The notes under the pieces were generated by a model. It ran no database searches and had not been told where the DNA came from. It saw only the letters and a program-made list of their open reading frames with translations. A stretch of 64,000 nucleotides of DNA from Eledone cirrhosa (taxonomy: Eukaryota): the NCBI GenBank assembly GCA_964016885.1, contig OZ024742.1:68882001-68946000 (forward strand), in the 5' to 3' direction. How positions within the stretch are numbered: the first letter of the stretch is position 1; the number at the start of each line of letters is the position of its first letter. Positions 42,300 through 55,979 of this stretch are shown one piece after another. Position numbers and translations under genes: made by a program.

Positions 42300-44996
42300 T
42301 AATGTACTAAAAACGAAATAATATAGGAATTGAAATAGAACGCCCGAAAGAACGAATACATTACGAAAACATAAATAATGAACATCAAAGAACTAACAAA
42401 ACAGATAAAGTGAATAACAAAGCACAACAAACCAAAACCTTAAAATACTTACAGAATATTGTCCAGCAAAAACCAAACCAGAGCAACACAAACAAGAATT
42501 CAAATAAAACAGAATTTAAGACCACAGTAAGATGTGGATGAAAATAATCCAAGAACTCCAAACAATAGATCTTATGTATCACAGAAAACACCCCCCAAAG
42601 ATAAGATTCCATGATGAAACATCAACTACGATATAAACGCTTATCTGGCTATCAAAGATTTATTTAAAACGAAGAGAAAGATTAGTATCACAATGCTAAA
42701 TGATATAATATATGCAACAGTCACTGTAGTTACAATTGAAAATAATTTCATCAATCGAAAGCAACTCATACAATAGAAAGTAACATCTACACAAACAAGA
42801 AAAGCGAAGCCCACACAAACATGGAAAATTAGCTTGCACAAAAGATAGAAAATGAGAGTAAAGACCTGTTTTAATTAAAATGATGAGAAAAAGAACGCAC
42901 CGAAGAAAAAGGAAGGAAGTAAAAATATTAAATCAAGAAATGCGTAAAACAACAGGCACCTGTTATAGCACACATAATCCGCTAATATGAAAAACGCCAA
43001 CGGTTCTTTGAACAAAAGCAAGTTTCATTCCAACTCAAAACGACTTTATGAGGAACATTGTAGAAATAAAAAAAAAAGAATCAATGTATCTCCTAAAAAA
43101 AGAAGTTTAAGAGCTCTTGGGAGCCGTCTGGCTGAAGGGGAATCACCATGAACAGGAACGTTTATAATATCCAATACAGCACCGGAAGAAAATTGAGAAG
43201 ACATCACAACAGAAGTCTTTAACACACTGCAGAAGCAAACAACTAGAATCCCCCAAGATATAACAAGATCCCAAATTTCTAGCTTAAACAGCAGGGTGTA
43301 CTTGAAAAACCATTTAATGGGTTTCTGAGGGAACCAGAAATAACACCTGCCTGGCCCGACAACGGCAACATTATCCTAAACCCCAAGAGTAAAGACATTG
43401 AATATCCTAAAACTACAGGTCTTTAAGCTACCTTCTTACAACATATAAAACCATAACTACAATAATATTGCAGAGACTGACCAAACGCTTAGAAAAAAAT
43501 CAAACTTGTTTACAGAGGAACACAAATGGTACTCTGAAGGCTCATATGACTGTAAAGATCAGTTAGTGAGCAATAAAGTCATAAACGAAGATTGCAAAAC
43601 GAGAAAAAGTTCTTAGCTATGACTAATTAAGACAACACTAAATGCAAAGAAATAAATAATAGGCATCAGTACTTTAGTTGTCCCAGTAACAAACTAAAGT
43701 TTGGATACTCTTCACTGAATACAAAAGGAACTAGCAAAACTAGGCAGAACAAGACAAATTATAAATGCATTTAAAATGTACACTACGCAGAATCAAATGT
43801 AGAAATATTATACCTATCATGAACACAGGGTAGGTATAATCTTTCTATATTAATAGAAAACTATTATAAAATTCCCACTGCAAGACTACAAAAATTACTA
43901 ATGAAGAATAATGGAATGTTATTTACAAAAAAATACGGAGCATGAACGAAGAAGAAATAGGTTTCTCTCTTCAACAAAGCCAATCAAATACAAAGCAGAA
44001 ATTGAAATGACAGATAGTTCCCTTTACTGCTGGAATGAAAAACACAGAAAAAGCAAAGTAGGTAAAAGTAACTGCAAAGAAAGAAGTATTAAAGAAACTG
44101 GTGGCTAAGAAATGGTAAGAAAAGCCTCTGTATTGAAAATACCTAGAAAGAGCTAACAATTCTGATGTTGACAAAACTTTAACCCATCAGTGGTTGACAA
44201 CCCCTGGACTGAAATCGGAGACTGAAGGACTGATTATATCAGCACAAGATCAGTGTCTGCCAACAAAAAATTACCAAGCCAACATCATAAAAAATGGATG
44301 CAACCCATTGTGCCATGTGTGTAAAAAACAACCAGAGAGCATTGATCATATCATTTCAATGTGCAGTCCTATAGCTCCAACCGAATACCATAACAGGCAC
44401 GACAGAGCGGTATAATACATACATTGGACACTGTAAGCATTTTGACCTGCCCCATCAAGAGAATTGGGGGGACCTTGAAAAAAGTCACATTTCAATTTTG
44501 TTGAACTTTAACGTACAAAAAGACCGAAAAATAGATGCAAATAGATCTGATATAATACTGAAGGACTTTAAAAAGGGGGTATGCCTACTAATTGACACGA
44601 TCGTTCCTATAGAGCAGAATGTATCTATAAAAACATTTGAAAAATTGAGCAAATATAAAGACCTGGAAAAAGAGATTGGAAAAATGTGGAAGTTGAGAGC
44701 TAAAACAATACCAGTGGTTGTAGGCGCTCTAGGAATGATACCTAAAGGGTCTAATGATTACTTATCTCAAATCTCAGGAAAGCCGCGCATGAAAGAAATA
44801 TAAAAGATAGTACTAATGGGAACTGCCCATATACTAAGGAAGATTCTGTCAATATAAATATATCACAAGTGTAAACACCTAAAGATACACGTGTGCGTGT
44901 TTTTTTCTTGAACATGGCGGACCTTGCTGTCTCTTGAGGTCACTGGTTGTGACTTGGTGATAACTCGTATGAACATAAAGCAAGATAAATGTAACT
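42300..44996 (+). mobile_element. Degenerate R4/Dong element; 3' ~950 bp closely matches 10965-11950
   Basis: GLKSETEGLIISAQDQCLPTKNYQANII shared with the copy at 11108-11947; 5' part heavily decayed. Confidence 0.85.
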
Positions 44997-45027
44997 TATA
45001 ATAAAATATTTATAAGCATGCCTTCAC

Positions 45028-45160
45028 CTGTGTATTCGCTATTTGTAATTCCTATCATTATAACTTTTGCATTAATTGGGGCTGATTGAAGCAGCACTTC
45101 CGGTCCATCTTTAAGGTAACCATGGTGATCTGGGGAATATGTCGGGCGAGCTAATTTATC
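45028..45160 (-). CDS. Carboxylesterase exon with catalytic Glu
   Basis: ttccag/gtgaag; DKLARPTYSPD..YLKDGPEVLL..IMIGITNSEY. Confidence 0.87.
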
Positions 45161-45364
45161 CTGGAATAAAAAAAACGAGGAAGAATGACAAAATAAGAGA
45201 ATAATATAACTGAGGGAAAAGAAGAAATTATGAAAGAAGGGGAATCTGTGTGTGCAATTCACATGCTACATATTTATTACTAAATAGATTCTACTGTACC
45301 ATTTTATAGTACATATTTAATAAGTTAACTACAATGGTTGGGCAGTGTATATAACTTTGCTGAC

Positions 45365-45418
45365 CTCCCACACTGAGGAGATTGATGAGGTCGATGCCAA
45401 TTTTGAAGATGTTACTGT
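45365..45418 (-). CDS. Candidate 54-bp symmetric exon of the carboxylesterase
   Basis: Strong polypyrimidine tract then cccag, donor gag/gtcagc; TVTSSKLASTSSISSVWE; phase 0-0. Confidence 0.5.
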
Positions 45419-46357
45419 CTGGGAATAAGATAAAAAAAATCGAACGGGAGGGAATTTTGCTCTTAGCATAGGGAACTCCACTAAAGGAACCCAGGAATCA
45501 GGTGTTAATCTGGGCAATGGATAAGAGCTATCATCTAATAATTAGGTGTTTTATGTCAACGACAGTTAACAGCTTTTGACTATTAACAGCATAAGTAAAC
45601 AAAGAATCTTTGATATTGGAGACTTCAAACTAACAGCGCAGACCTGACCTTCAGGAAAACTGATCTATTTGATTTAATCATTTGATATCAAACCACCCCC
45701 AAACCACTCCTGGTTTTATGATTAAAAAAAAAGATTTTTAGATGTTTATATTTATCTAAAAAGCTTCGACCATAACTCTATGTGAGAACCTTTCTTATGT
45801 TGTTTTCCAAACACTTGATTAATAGGGGGAAAGTTATATTACTGAATCTATCCAAGTTCATGATTGTTTGCTACATTACTTACATTATTTGAAAATCATA
45901 CGCCGCATTTTTCGTTAGAAATATTGTAACGAAAGGTTACGATTTTATGAGAATTATATTCTTGTTATTTTTATGGTTGCCTTTCTAACATTGACACAAT
46001 GCCAGCGATTTGGGGGTGAGGAATAGTCAATCATATCGATCACCCCATTAATTGATTAGAAGGATGAAAGGTAAAGTTGGCCTCAGCAGGATTTGCACTC
46101 AGAACGTAAAGAACCAGAATATGTACCCGAAAGAATTTTTTTCTAACACTAATAATTCTGTCAATCAACCGTTATTATTGCCTCGATCAGTCCTGATTGA
46201 ACATACGTATCGCACAAAAATATTCAAATGAATGACTAGGTGCGGTTTGCAAACTTACGAATAAGTGTCTCCGAATATCTACATTTGCTAAATATGACAA
46301 CTATCTCTCCTTGACAAAATGATTATAACTGAAAGGAACAATGAAAATTTGACTTAC

Positions 46358-46539
46358 ATGATTTTTCATGAAATGTTGTACCTTCTGCTTCTTAAGACAG
46401 TCCTTTAGGTGTGTCAGCTGTGGGTGGTTGCAGATGTCGGCAACAGTCCTCCCGTATTCAGCTGGATTCTCTTTAGAGGGCACAACTGCCCAATTGCTTA
46501 AACTTGTGCCGCTGTGACAAATTGCATACCGGAACAACC
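46358..46539 (-). CDS. Carboxylesterase exon
   Basis: GLFRYAICHSGTSLSNWA..C..LKDCLK; gtaagt donor; 182 bp. Confidence 0.92.
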
Positions 46540-47847
46540 CTTTCAGGTTGAAACAGAAAAAGACAAAACAGTTGTTTTCATCAATTTTTTTATGAAGAGA
46601 TACCATAACTACCTTTTCTAGCAAGGACTTTGGATTTTTCATTTGAATTATCATCGTTTTTCACTTCATTAAATACAGCTATAACTTTTTCACTTTCCTC
46701 GTTTATATCTATTAATTCTCAAATTATACACTTTTCCTGATGTTCACATCGTCATCTTTATTTGTTTTTGTACAACATTGGAGAATAGCTGAATGAATTT
46801 CCTGAACTAGACGTTAATGCTAGGGCTAAATTTCTCTTTAAACTTTCTCAACGTGACTTGTACTATCTATTATGTGTCAATAGAAATCGAAGCTAAAATG
46901 ACCTGAATTTTATTCACCAAAGAGTTTAGAGGACCAATAGTTTTCTTTGTGACGTATATTGATTGATGAAGAATTATATAAAATCGGATTCTTTGGCTAA
47001 TAAAGTTTTTAAAAATAATCTGTCGATTCACATAATTTTTTAAATCAAGTTATCATTTTGCTAACAGATTTTCCTGCCACCAGGTCACCGGATATATGAA
47101 CAACAATGCAAACTGGGAAATTTGCATCTGCATAAACTCATTTCTTGAAATGTTAATCCCAATTGCCACAATCGATTTACCTTGAGCAACGACAATATAA
47201 TTGAATTCCCAAACTTTAAAATTTAGCAAAATGCTCTGAATCTGGAGGAATACGTAAGAAATAGATGGATCTTTAAGTCTACTATCATTACGTGGAGCTG
47301 ATGAAATAAATCAGACAGTAACATTTACCGACATATACTATACATATCTACATAGACTAAGATGGGATATAATGTTCTGACTGAAACAATGAAATACAAG
47401 CAACGTCTTTGAACTCACTATATGGAGAGTGGCAGTCTAGTACCTTAAGCATTCGGTCATCTTCCACTCCTACATATTTATAGAATAATATGAAATATAC
47501 TGAACTGTCCTTTTAATTTTGAAAACGACAGATGAAGTAGGAAGTGAGAACTGAAATATCTTGAACGGGAAACAAGCCAAAATTATTTGTTTAGAAAAGC
47601 AAGCTTAATAAGGAATTCATATGAAATAAATGCTTATATGTGTCATTCTTTAGATTGGACGGGGACAAAGGATGGGAATTTGAACTCAGAACATACAGAA
47701 CATACAGAGCAAAGGATCCAATTCGACACTCTAACAATTCTACCAATTCAGTGTCATTGACTGGTACTTTATTTATCGACTTTGAATACATAAAAGGTAT
47801 AGCTGACATCGACCGGATTTACTCAGAGCGCAGTGACATTTACTTCT

Positions 47848-48727
47848 CAAATACTTGATCCCAGAGGCCGTAATTTCCTGCGAAGAGTGGACTCGCCATA
47901 CTTAAAAACCCTGTAATACCAATGTATACAATTATTTAAAATATTTAATAAAATGTTTATATATATTTGTGTGAATATATTGCTTCAAGTAGATCATACT
48001 GAGCGTAGAGAATCGGAACGATTACTACAATGCATTCTATCCGAAGTTCTAATGAATCTGTAGGTTAGTCGCCCTATATATATAATGACTGACTGTATAC
48101 ACATGTTTTTCTCAAAAATGTGTTCCGTTCCTTTCTCTTCTCATTTACTATCTTTCTATTTATTAATTAATTATTTTTCAGCAAATAAATATATTAATTC
48201 GTTATTACTGGGGAATAAACTCAAAGTACACTAATTCCCGAACATACACACCTGATTAATGAATTAAAGGAATCTGTCTTCATTTCTTACCTCGTGTATG
48301 CTCCGATATGAGATGCAATGAAACATCAGCACCCCCAGCACTGTGGCCACCCAAAGTGACCTTTGCAGGGTCACCACCAAAATATTCGATATTCTTCTGT
48401 ATCCACTTGAGAGCAAATACTTGATCCCAGAGGCCGTAATTTCCTGCGAAGAGTGGACTCGCCATACTTAAAAACCCTGTAATACCAATGTATACAATTA
48501 TTTAAAATATTTAATAAAATGTTTATATATATTTGTGTGAATATATTGCTTCAAGTAGATCATACTGAGCGTAGAGAATCGGAACGATTACTACAATGCA
48601 TTCTATCCGAAGTTCTAATGAATCTGTAGGTTAGTCGCCCTATATATATAATGACTGACTGTATACACATGTTTTTCTCAAAAATGTGTTCCGTTCCTTT
48701 CTCTTCTCATTTACTATCTTTCTATTT
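47848..48727. repeat. 314-bp direct duplication (47848-48161 = 48414-48727) copying a splice acceptor and exon start
   Basis: Sequence appears identical at offset 566. Confidence 0.92.
48291..48476 (-). CDS. Carboxylesterase exon with nucleophile motif GHSAG
   Basis: GFLS..GNYGLWDQVFALKWIQKNIEYFGGDPAKVTLGGHSAGGADV; tacag/gtaaga. Confidence 0.96.
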
Positions 48728-48856
48728 CATCCTTTATTTCTCATTCTATCATCTATTAAGGTTATAACTCTATATATTTCGTCATTGTACTGTGTTGATA
48801 CTTTGTTGTTTCCGTTTACTTTTTGCATATACATACATACATATATACATACATAT

Positions 48857-48924
<68 letters not shown>

Positions 48925-49026
48925 ATATATATATATCAATAATATTAATAAATGGAAACTATCCTTATAAAACCATATTTATTTTATTATATATATTTCA
49001 AGGGCACCAACATAAATAACTCATTG

Positions 49027-49095
<69 letters not shown>

Positions 49096-49270
49096 GAAAT
49101 GTGAGGACGAAGGAGGTATTGAGATAGATGTATAGCATAAGAGTATAATGCATCTGTAGTGTTTGTGCGTTGTGTTGTATGGTGTGTGTGTATGTGTGTG
49201 TACGTGTGTCTGTGTGTGTGTGTGCATGTTAAAATCAGAAAGAAATCTGTAACCAATGTAACATGCTCAC

Positions 49271-49418
49271 CGAGATCTGAGAGTCTGTAATTCATCATAA
49301 CGATAACGACATTGGTGCTTACAGCAAACACATCACCATCAAACATGGCTGCCATGCCGACCACATTAGATCCTCCGTGAATGTAAGCATATACTGGGAG
49401 TAATTCATCGGACTCGGT
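49271..49418 (-). CDS. Carboxylesterase exon with oxyanion-hole HGG
   Basis: LPVYAYIHGGSNVVG..VVIVMMNYRLSDLG; gtgagc donor. Confidence 0.94.
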
Positions 49419-49629
49419 CTTGAGGTTACCAAAAACAGCAAAAACATCTTGAAATATTAAACTACATTATCGAAATATTTTAATGTTTTCTATTAAATAA
49501 TAACAAGAACATTATTATCATTATTAATCATTATTATTATCATTATTGATTAATTAATTAAATAATTTGATAATTTTAGCACAGTGTTATGTTAACTACC
49601 AGTATTATTATTCTTACTATCAGACTCCA

Positions 49630-50100
49630 TTTCGAGCTTAATATAAGAAATGCTTTCTGCTCTTCTAGGTGGTGTCCAACATATTTAGTATTATCCTGGC
49701 AATGCCAAGTAGGCATGCGTTTTGCACGGGCTCTATACCAAGTTCAAACCCAATTTGCTGCAAATTTTCAGAAATATGATCTGTTACACATAGTTTTCCA
49801 ATAATTATCGGTACCAGTATCACCATATTTACTTCACTCTTTCGTACTTTCAAAATTTCATATTTGTGGTCATTGTAGTAGATTTTCTCTTTTCTCTATC
49901 TTCTATTCTCGTATCCAAAAGGCAGGCTACGTCCACAATAAAGCACTTATTTTTTCTTTCTTGATTATCAACACTATATCTGGTTTGTGATCGATCTTTG
50001 TTTCCGTTTGCATTGTAATAAGCCATAGAATTTTGGCTTTATCATTTTGCAACATTTTCAGCCTTACTCCTCTACCCGAATTCATGATTCATTGAAGTCG
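49630..50100 (-). mobile_element. Degenerate R4/Dong RLE fragment
   Basis: KILWL, KPDIV, VDVAC, VPIIIG remnants. Confidence 0.7.
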
Positions 50101-50606
50101 ATATTCTCTACGAGAATTTCATCGTTTTATCAGCTACTAATTTTATATAAAATTAAAAAATTGGTAGAGAACTGTGAGCACCTGACATTATTACGGTCCT
50201 TTATGGTCTGAGTTCAAATACCGCCGAGTTTAACTTTGCCTTTCATCCTTACGGGGTCGATAAAATAAGGCACCAGTAATGCACTGGGATAATTGCTGAC
50301 CTTGTGCCAAAAGTAGAAACAATTATTCCAGATGTCAGGCGCTCAATCTTGTTCTTTAATTTACCCAGAGCTGTAGCTTCAACAATGAGGCGAGCTGTGT
50401 GAAGACATGTTGATAAACGGTGACCGTATTTGCTCCCCATCCAGGAATCCCTGTAAATTCTGCAAGTTCAGCGCCTGCCGGCAAATCATCCTCAAAGAAA
50501 GATTTACTACAAGAGCAGAATCAATAATATTCCGTCAAGAAACTCCAAATATCCTACTAAATACATTATAAGTGGATAAGATCTATTGAACGACAAGAGA
50601 ACTTAC

Positions 50607-50762
50607 CTGTGGTTTGTAGATATTTAAGTAAAGACAGTCTTCTTTGAAATAGGTAAAATTCGGACGATGTAGCTGGACATAGTCATCACCCAACTGAATA
50701 CAGGCAGGTGGGTAGGTGGTACAGTTACGGATATCAAACCACTTCTTTGGACTAACTGGATT
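50607..50762 (-). CDS. Carboxylesterase exon (most 5' exon found)
   Basis: ttacag/gtaagt; NPVSPKKWFDIRNCTTYPPACIQ..EDCLYLNIYKPQ; 156 bp. Confidence 0.94.
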
Positions 50763-50959
50763 CTGTAATATAGACAGGTGATTAGATGCTTTGATGGATA
50801 ACAGTGAAGGTCAGGGAGAAAAATACTTCTTTTGATGATGATGATGATATTAAGGAAGTTCAGAATAAAAGGGAAGCGAGTGTTTATGGTGATTATGGCG
50901 GTGAGGTAGTAGTGGGGTGCTGATGGTATGGTGGTTATTAATGATTCATACACCTAATG

Positions 50960-52320
50960 TGATATTTAAAATAAAACAACTCCTGCATGTATGGATCGAC
51001 GGTGATGTGCCGAGAAATACGATGGTCATTCATGTAAAAGTTAACAATCTGCATGATTATTTACAGAAAAAAAGGTCAAATGAAAATGAAAAACATTTAG
51101 TCGACAAAATAGGCCAGTTTAAAAGGTTTAAGAAGCATTTGAAATTGCACATTAAAATCACTGGTGAAGCTACCGGTGCTATTATATATCATGTGAAGTC
51201 GAAGAAAATAATTGTTGAAGGAGGATACAAACCAAATGAAATTTACATTGTTGATGAAACTTCTCTTTTCTGGAAGCGTATGCTTCAAGAATCATCAACA
51301 CAAGTAATAAAAACTTTCAAAAATCGTCTGGTGTTTCTTTTGAGAGGAAATACTGCTGGTGATATGGAATTAAAGTATTCTCATCTATCATTCCAAAAAT
51401 CCAAGCACTCGTGTATCACTTCAAAAATCCAACGGCCTTCAGATATTACGTGAGTTTAATCTACCTTTGATTTGACATTCAAGTTTTAAAAAATGGATGG
51501 CTGAGAGCTTTCTCAAAGAATGCTGTTTGCACATTTTGTTTTTCTTGCTGTATAAAGCTTTATTGTCAAACATAATATTTTCAACAAAGCATTGTTCCTT
51601 TTAAACAATGTACTAAGCCCTGAAGTGAACTTAAATTAGATTTCTGATCACACGAGAGTAGAAATTATCCACAAAACGCAATTGTTTTTGCTTCAGCCAA
51701 TGGATCAAGTTGTGGAGGCCATCTTGAAGACATCTGAGAAAAACATTTAAACAACTTTTGAAAGCAATTGACAGCGAGGATAAACATACAGTTAGCGACT
51801 TATGGGAAAAGTTCAATATTATGAATACTGCGAATAAAATAGCTGAATCGTGGGATGAAGTGGAACCCTCAGCTATGAATGGTACCTGGAATAATGTATG
51901 ACCATACTGTATCTGTGACCTTACAAGATTTTCATAAGCAGAAACTCTATATTGTGACACCGAAAAATAATGCAGGTTTTGATGAAGACATAGAGGATAA
52001 TGTGGTAGAGCTGTTATAGTCCCATAGAGAATCTAATGAGGAGCTGATACTGTTAGAACAAGAGCAAGCTGCATGGCAAGAATAGAATATAGAAATTGCA
52101 CCTACTTAATTTAAATTAACTGCAAAGAATGTTGCTAAGTGGTTGGCACCTATAGAAGAAGGTTTGAAAGTTCTTACTGATAACGATAATAAGCATGAAC
52201 GTAACCTAAAAATTACAAGAAGAGTTTATAATGAAGTCATTCCTACAATGAGCTGTTTAAAGAGATGATACGCCATAAACATCAAAGCTTTCACGTCGCA
52301 TTTGTGCTGAAAGCGTAACC
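50960..52320 (+). mobile_element. Degenerate Tigger/pogo DDE transposase
   Basis: FKRFK..GEA, GYKPNEIYIVDETSLFWKRM, GNTAGD, LLQPMDQ; many stops. Confidence 0.85.
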
Positions 52321-53072
52321 TATTACAATATTACGATTCTTATTTGTTCCCCAATGTATTTCTATTCAAATGATTTTAAGTATATACACACAGTGCATGT
52401 TTAAACATTATTTACATTCGTAAATGTGGTTGAATTATTTTTTCCCGCGAAAAAGTTCCGTCGGAATACATTACAATTTATAATATGAAAAATCAATTGA
52501 AAAATTGACTTCACGTTACATCAAGAATTTCTGGAACGTATTGCTTTCGTATGTGCTGTGTGTATATATGTACGTATATATACACACACAGACAAACACG
52601 CATACACGCATGCACGCGCGCACACACGCACACACATGCACACACACACACACACACACATATATATACATATATATACATATATATATGATGAAGATAG
52701 TCTTCTCCTATTCAATGCTTGACCCATTCTCGTCAAATGTGCTTTTTCCACGCACGAGTACCTAAGTGGTTCTTGAGCCTCGATAACTGTTTGAAGTTTG
52801 AATTACAAACACCGAAAATATGTCTCACAGTATTGTTTGCTTGCCTGGTTGGTGATATTCAAAATACTTTTTTAGACCGGTGCGGGTTTTACTTGTCTTC
52901 CTACAAATTTGTGTAATTTAGACCAGTAATGATCAAGAGCAAAATGAAGGCAGGTTTTACTATACGTTGGGCAGCAGAAGGATGAATCTGTTTCTGTGTT
53001 TTGTAAAGAGTTATTTTTCGGTAGTTATCTTTTCATTTTTGCATACTTTTGTTTGTTTACTACAAATTTCTT

Positions 53073-53303
53073 TCACCAGACCTGGTAGTTTTTCACCATA
53101 ATACACTTATTTATTATCCAAATGGACAAGAGTGGGTCCAGGCTGGTCGGGTGATCGGTGACTTTTAATGGATCTAGAAACCAATGTGTGTGTATATGGT
53201 ATCGTAGTTTAAATCTATTGGTTGTTAATCCTGTATATACCTTGCTAGCGGTAGGATCATCAACCTTACATTTATATACTATATTGATAGATAAGTATTT
53301 TGC

Positions 53304-53308
<5 letters not shown>
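53073..53308 (-). mobile_element. Penelope GIY-YIG fragment abutting (TA)n
   Basis: IVYKCKV..VYTGLTTNRFKLRY..H. Confidence 0.72.
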
Positions 53309-53349
<41 letters not shown>

Positions 53350-53360
<11 letters not shown>

Positions 53361-53545
53361 CAGTTGAGGAAACAATATATCCGTTGGTCTTTCCAGTTGC
53401 TAATACTATCTATCGGTCGCAAGTCCAGGAAGAAGGAGCAACGTGAAATAGTGTCTTGCTCAAAGACATAACGTATCACCCGGTCCAAAATCGAACTCAC
53501 AACCTCACGATTGAGAATCCAATTCTCTAACCACTCACTCACGCG
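53350..53545 (-). mobile_element. tRNA-derived SINE of a second family (other copy ~56985-57165)
   Basis: A/B-box-like agtggttagag..gagttcgat head and shared body. Confidence 0.75.
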
Positions 53546-53609
<64 letters not shown>

Positions 53610-53621
53610 ACACATACACAC

Positions 53622-53691
<70 letters not shown>

Positions 53692-54032
53692 AATATTAAA
53701 TATTAGTAGAGTTTTAAAATGTCTTGTTCAATTTATTTCAGGTAGTCGATCAGCACTTGTAGATTCACTTTAAATTCTAGCATTGTGCAATATATTCGCC
53801 CTTGTATGTGTATATTAATGTCAAAGACATTATGTGACATCAAAGAGATATGACAGCAATTAATGAGAATTTTTTTAAATACCTGCCAATATGTCACTTC
53901 CTTCCCGTTGAATGCATATACATAAACATACATACACATATAGCCATAGTCATAGACACGCATACACATATGCACGCCCATACGTATGTAAAGACATGAT
54001 ACATACATAGGTACATGCATACACACACTTGC

Positions 54033-54083
<51 letters not shown>

Positions 54084-54103
54084 CGTACATAGACACGCTA
54101 ACA

Positions 54104-54177
<74 letters not shown>

Positions 54178-54552
54178 CATAAACACGTGCATATAGTCAC
54201 ATGTATATTTGTAAAGCCATTCCTTCCACACATATTTATACGCTTATATGCGCATAAATTCATACATACATATATGCAAACAGACACACACCCATACATA
54301 AATATGTACACACTCACACATACACATACATACACATATCAATAGACTCCCCTTCCCTCGCCTTCATGATGTTCATTTCTAATGATTGGTGTGTCACATT
54401 AAATAGACGACACTTGAGAGAAGGGAGGCTTTTAGGGAGTCAGATAAAGTGGGTTGATGTTATTAAAAAAGGCGGAATTGTAGTTGTTGTTACTGCTTTT
54501 GTTGATGTGTTTGATGTTGTTGTTACTCTTGTGTTTGTTATTGTTATTTGTA

Positions 54553-54583
<31 letters not shown>

Positions 54584-54739
54584 GATTATTATAAAACAGC
54601 TTTATATAATTAAGAGAGCAGTGATATTGTGTGTGTGTGTGTACATGTAGTGTGTATATGCACAGTATATATGTGTGTCGTGTGAAACTGTGGCGTGTTG
54701 GATTATATTTATATGTGTAGTGTATTGTAGGAACTCGAA

Positions 54740-55741
54740 ATCCACCTTTCCAACGGTAAATTTCTCAAGAGTCTGGAACCATCTGGTATGCCGTCATACA
54801 ATCTTGAATTGAAGAAGGGTGCAGTCATCATGCTTCTCAGAAACTTAGATCAGCCAAGATTGTGCAATGGGACGCGCATGGTTGTGACTGAATTACAGCC
54901 CACATTATCGAAGCCAAAATCCTTACAGGGTGTGGAAAGGCGGTGGATTGGCAGTATCGGCAGAAGGTCGGACGCCATGCTTTGACGCAAAGAGTTACGG
55001 CCCTTTCCATTCTGAGTTCAAATCCCGCCGAGGTTAACTTTGCCTTTCATCCTTACGGGGTCGATAGAATAAAGTACCAGTAATACACTGGGTAATTGCT
55101 GGCCTTGTGCCAAAAGTAGAAACAATTATCGAAGCTAAAATCCTTACAGGGTGTGGCAAGGGAGCCATAGTATCTATACATAGAATACCGCTAATAACAA
55201 CAGATGTTCACTTTCCTTTCAAACGATTGCAATTCCCAGTGAGAGCCAGTTACACAATGACCATTAACAAGTCCCAAGGTCAAACACTGCAGGTTGTCGG
55301 TCTCCATCTAGAATAAGTTTCTCACGTGGTCAATTATATGTAGGTTGTTCCAGAGTAGGAACCCCCTCCCCCCCACAAACTCTTCATATATGCTCCAAGA
55401 ACAAAAGTTAAGAACATTGTGTATACTGAAGTTCTGTAAATATTTTATAATTTTCGTAGAGTACATTTTCCTATTATTTTCTTTATTACTTTCTGTATTA
55501 AGATAAATAGATAAAGAAGTTTGTTTGTTTATTTATTGACTGCTAATAACACTTAATCTTCAATAAAATTAGCCAGGTAAATTCACCATGTGTACTCTTA
55601 AATGTAATTCTCAGGGAGATTCAGCAATACACCGTGTTTGACAAGGCTGAATAGTTCACACAAAGACACGACCAAAAGGAGATATGAATGAACAACACAT
55701 CGACATATATTCCAGGGCAACACCGGGTAGGTAAAATATAG
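54740..55741 (+). mobile_element. Helitron 3' fragment (Pif1-like helicase C-terminus) interrupted by a SINE
   Basis: LKKGAVIMLLRNL..LCNGTR, RLQFPV..TINKSQGQT, GQLYVGCSRV, KNIVYTEVL-stop; degenerate terminal hairpin ccagggcaacaccggg near 55712. Confidence 0.87.
54941..55124 (+). mobile_element. tRNA-derived SINE with a 37-bp TSD
   Basis: 54904-54940 vs 55125-55161, two mismatches. Confidence 0.88.
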
Positions 55742-55979
55742 CTGCTTTGATGAAAAGGCGTTGATTTTAGCGACTGCTTCTCGATGACTCATCTATGGCC
55801 ACACACAGGCCATGCGGGGGAGGGTGGTGATGACCTCTATCACTGAGAAACGCGGGTGACTGACGAAGGGGCATTCTGGGGGAGGGAGGTAATGACCTCT
55901 AACACTAAGCCAAATTTCCTCACGCAACTTGATTGGAAACCGATGAATTCTCAAATACACAACTAAAAGCTCAGACGAG

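Noticed and set aside
42255-42306. Extra esterase exon YIRFAGLLSINFTPK
   Set aside because: Needs a phase-0 upstream donor but only phase-1 donors are available; it also borders the 5' end of the Dong remnant
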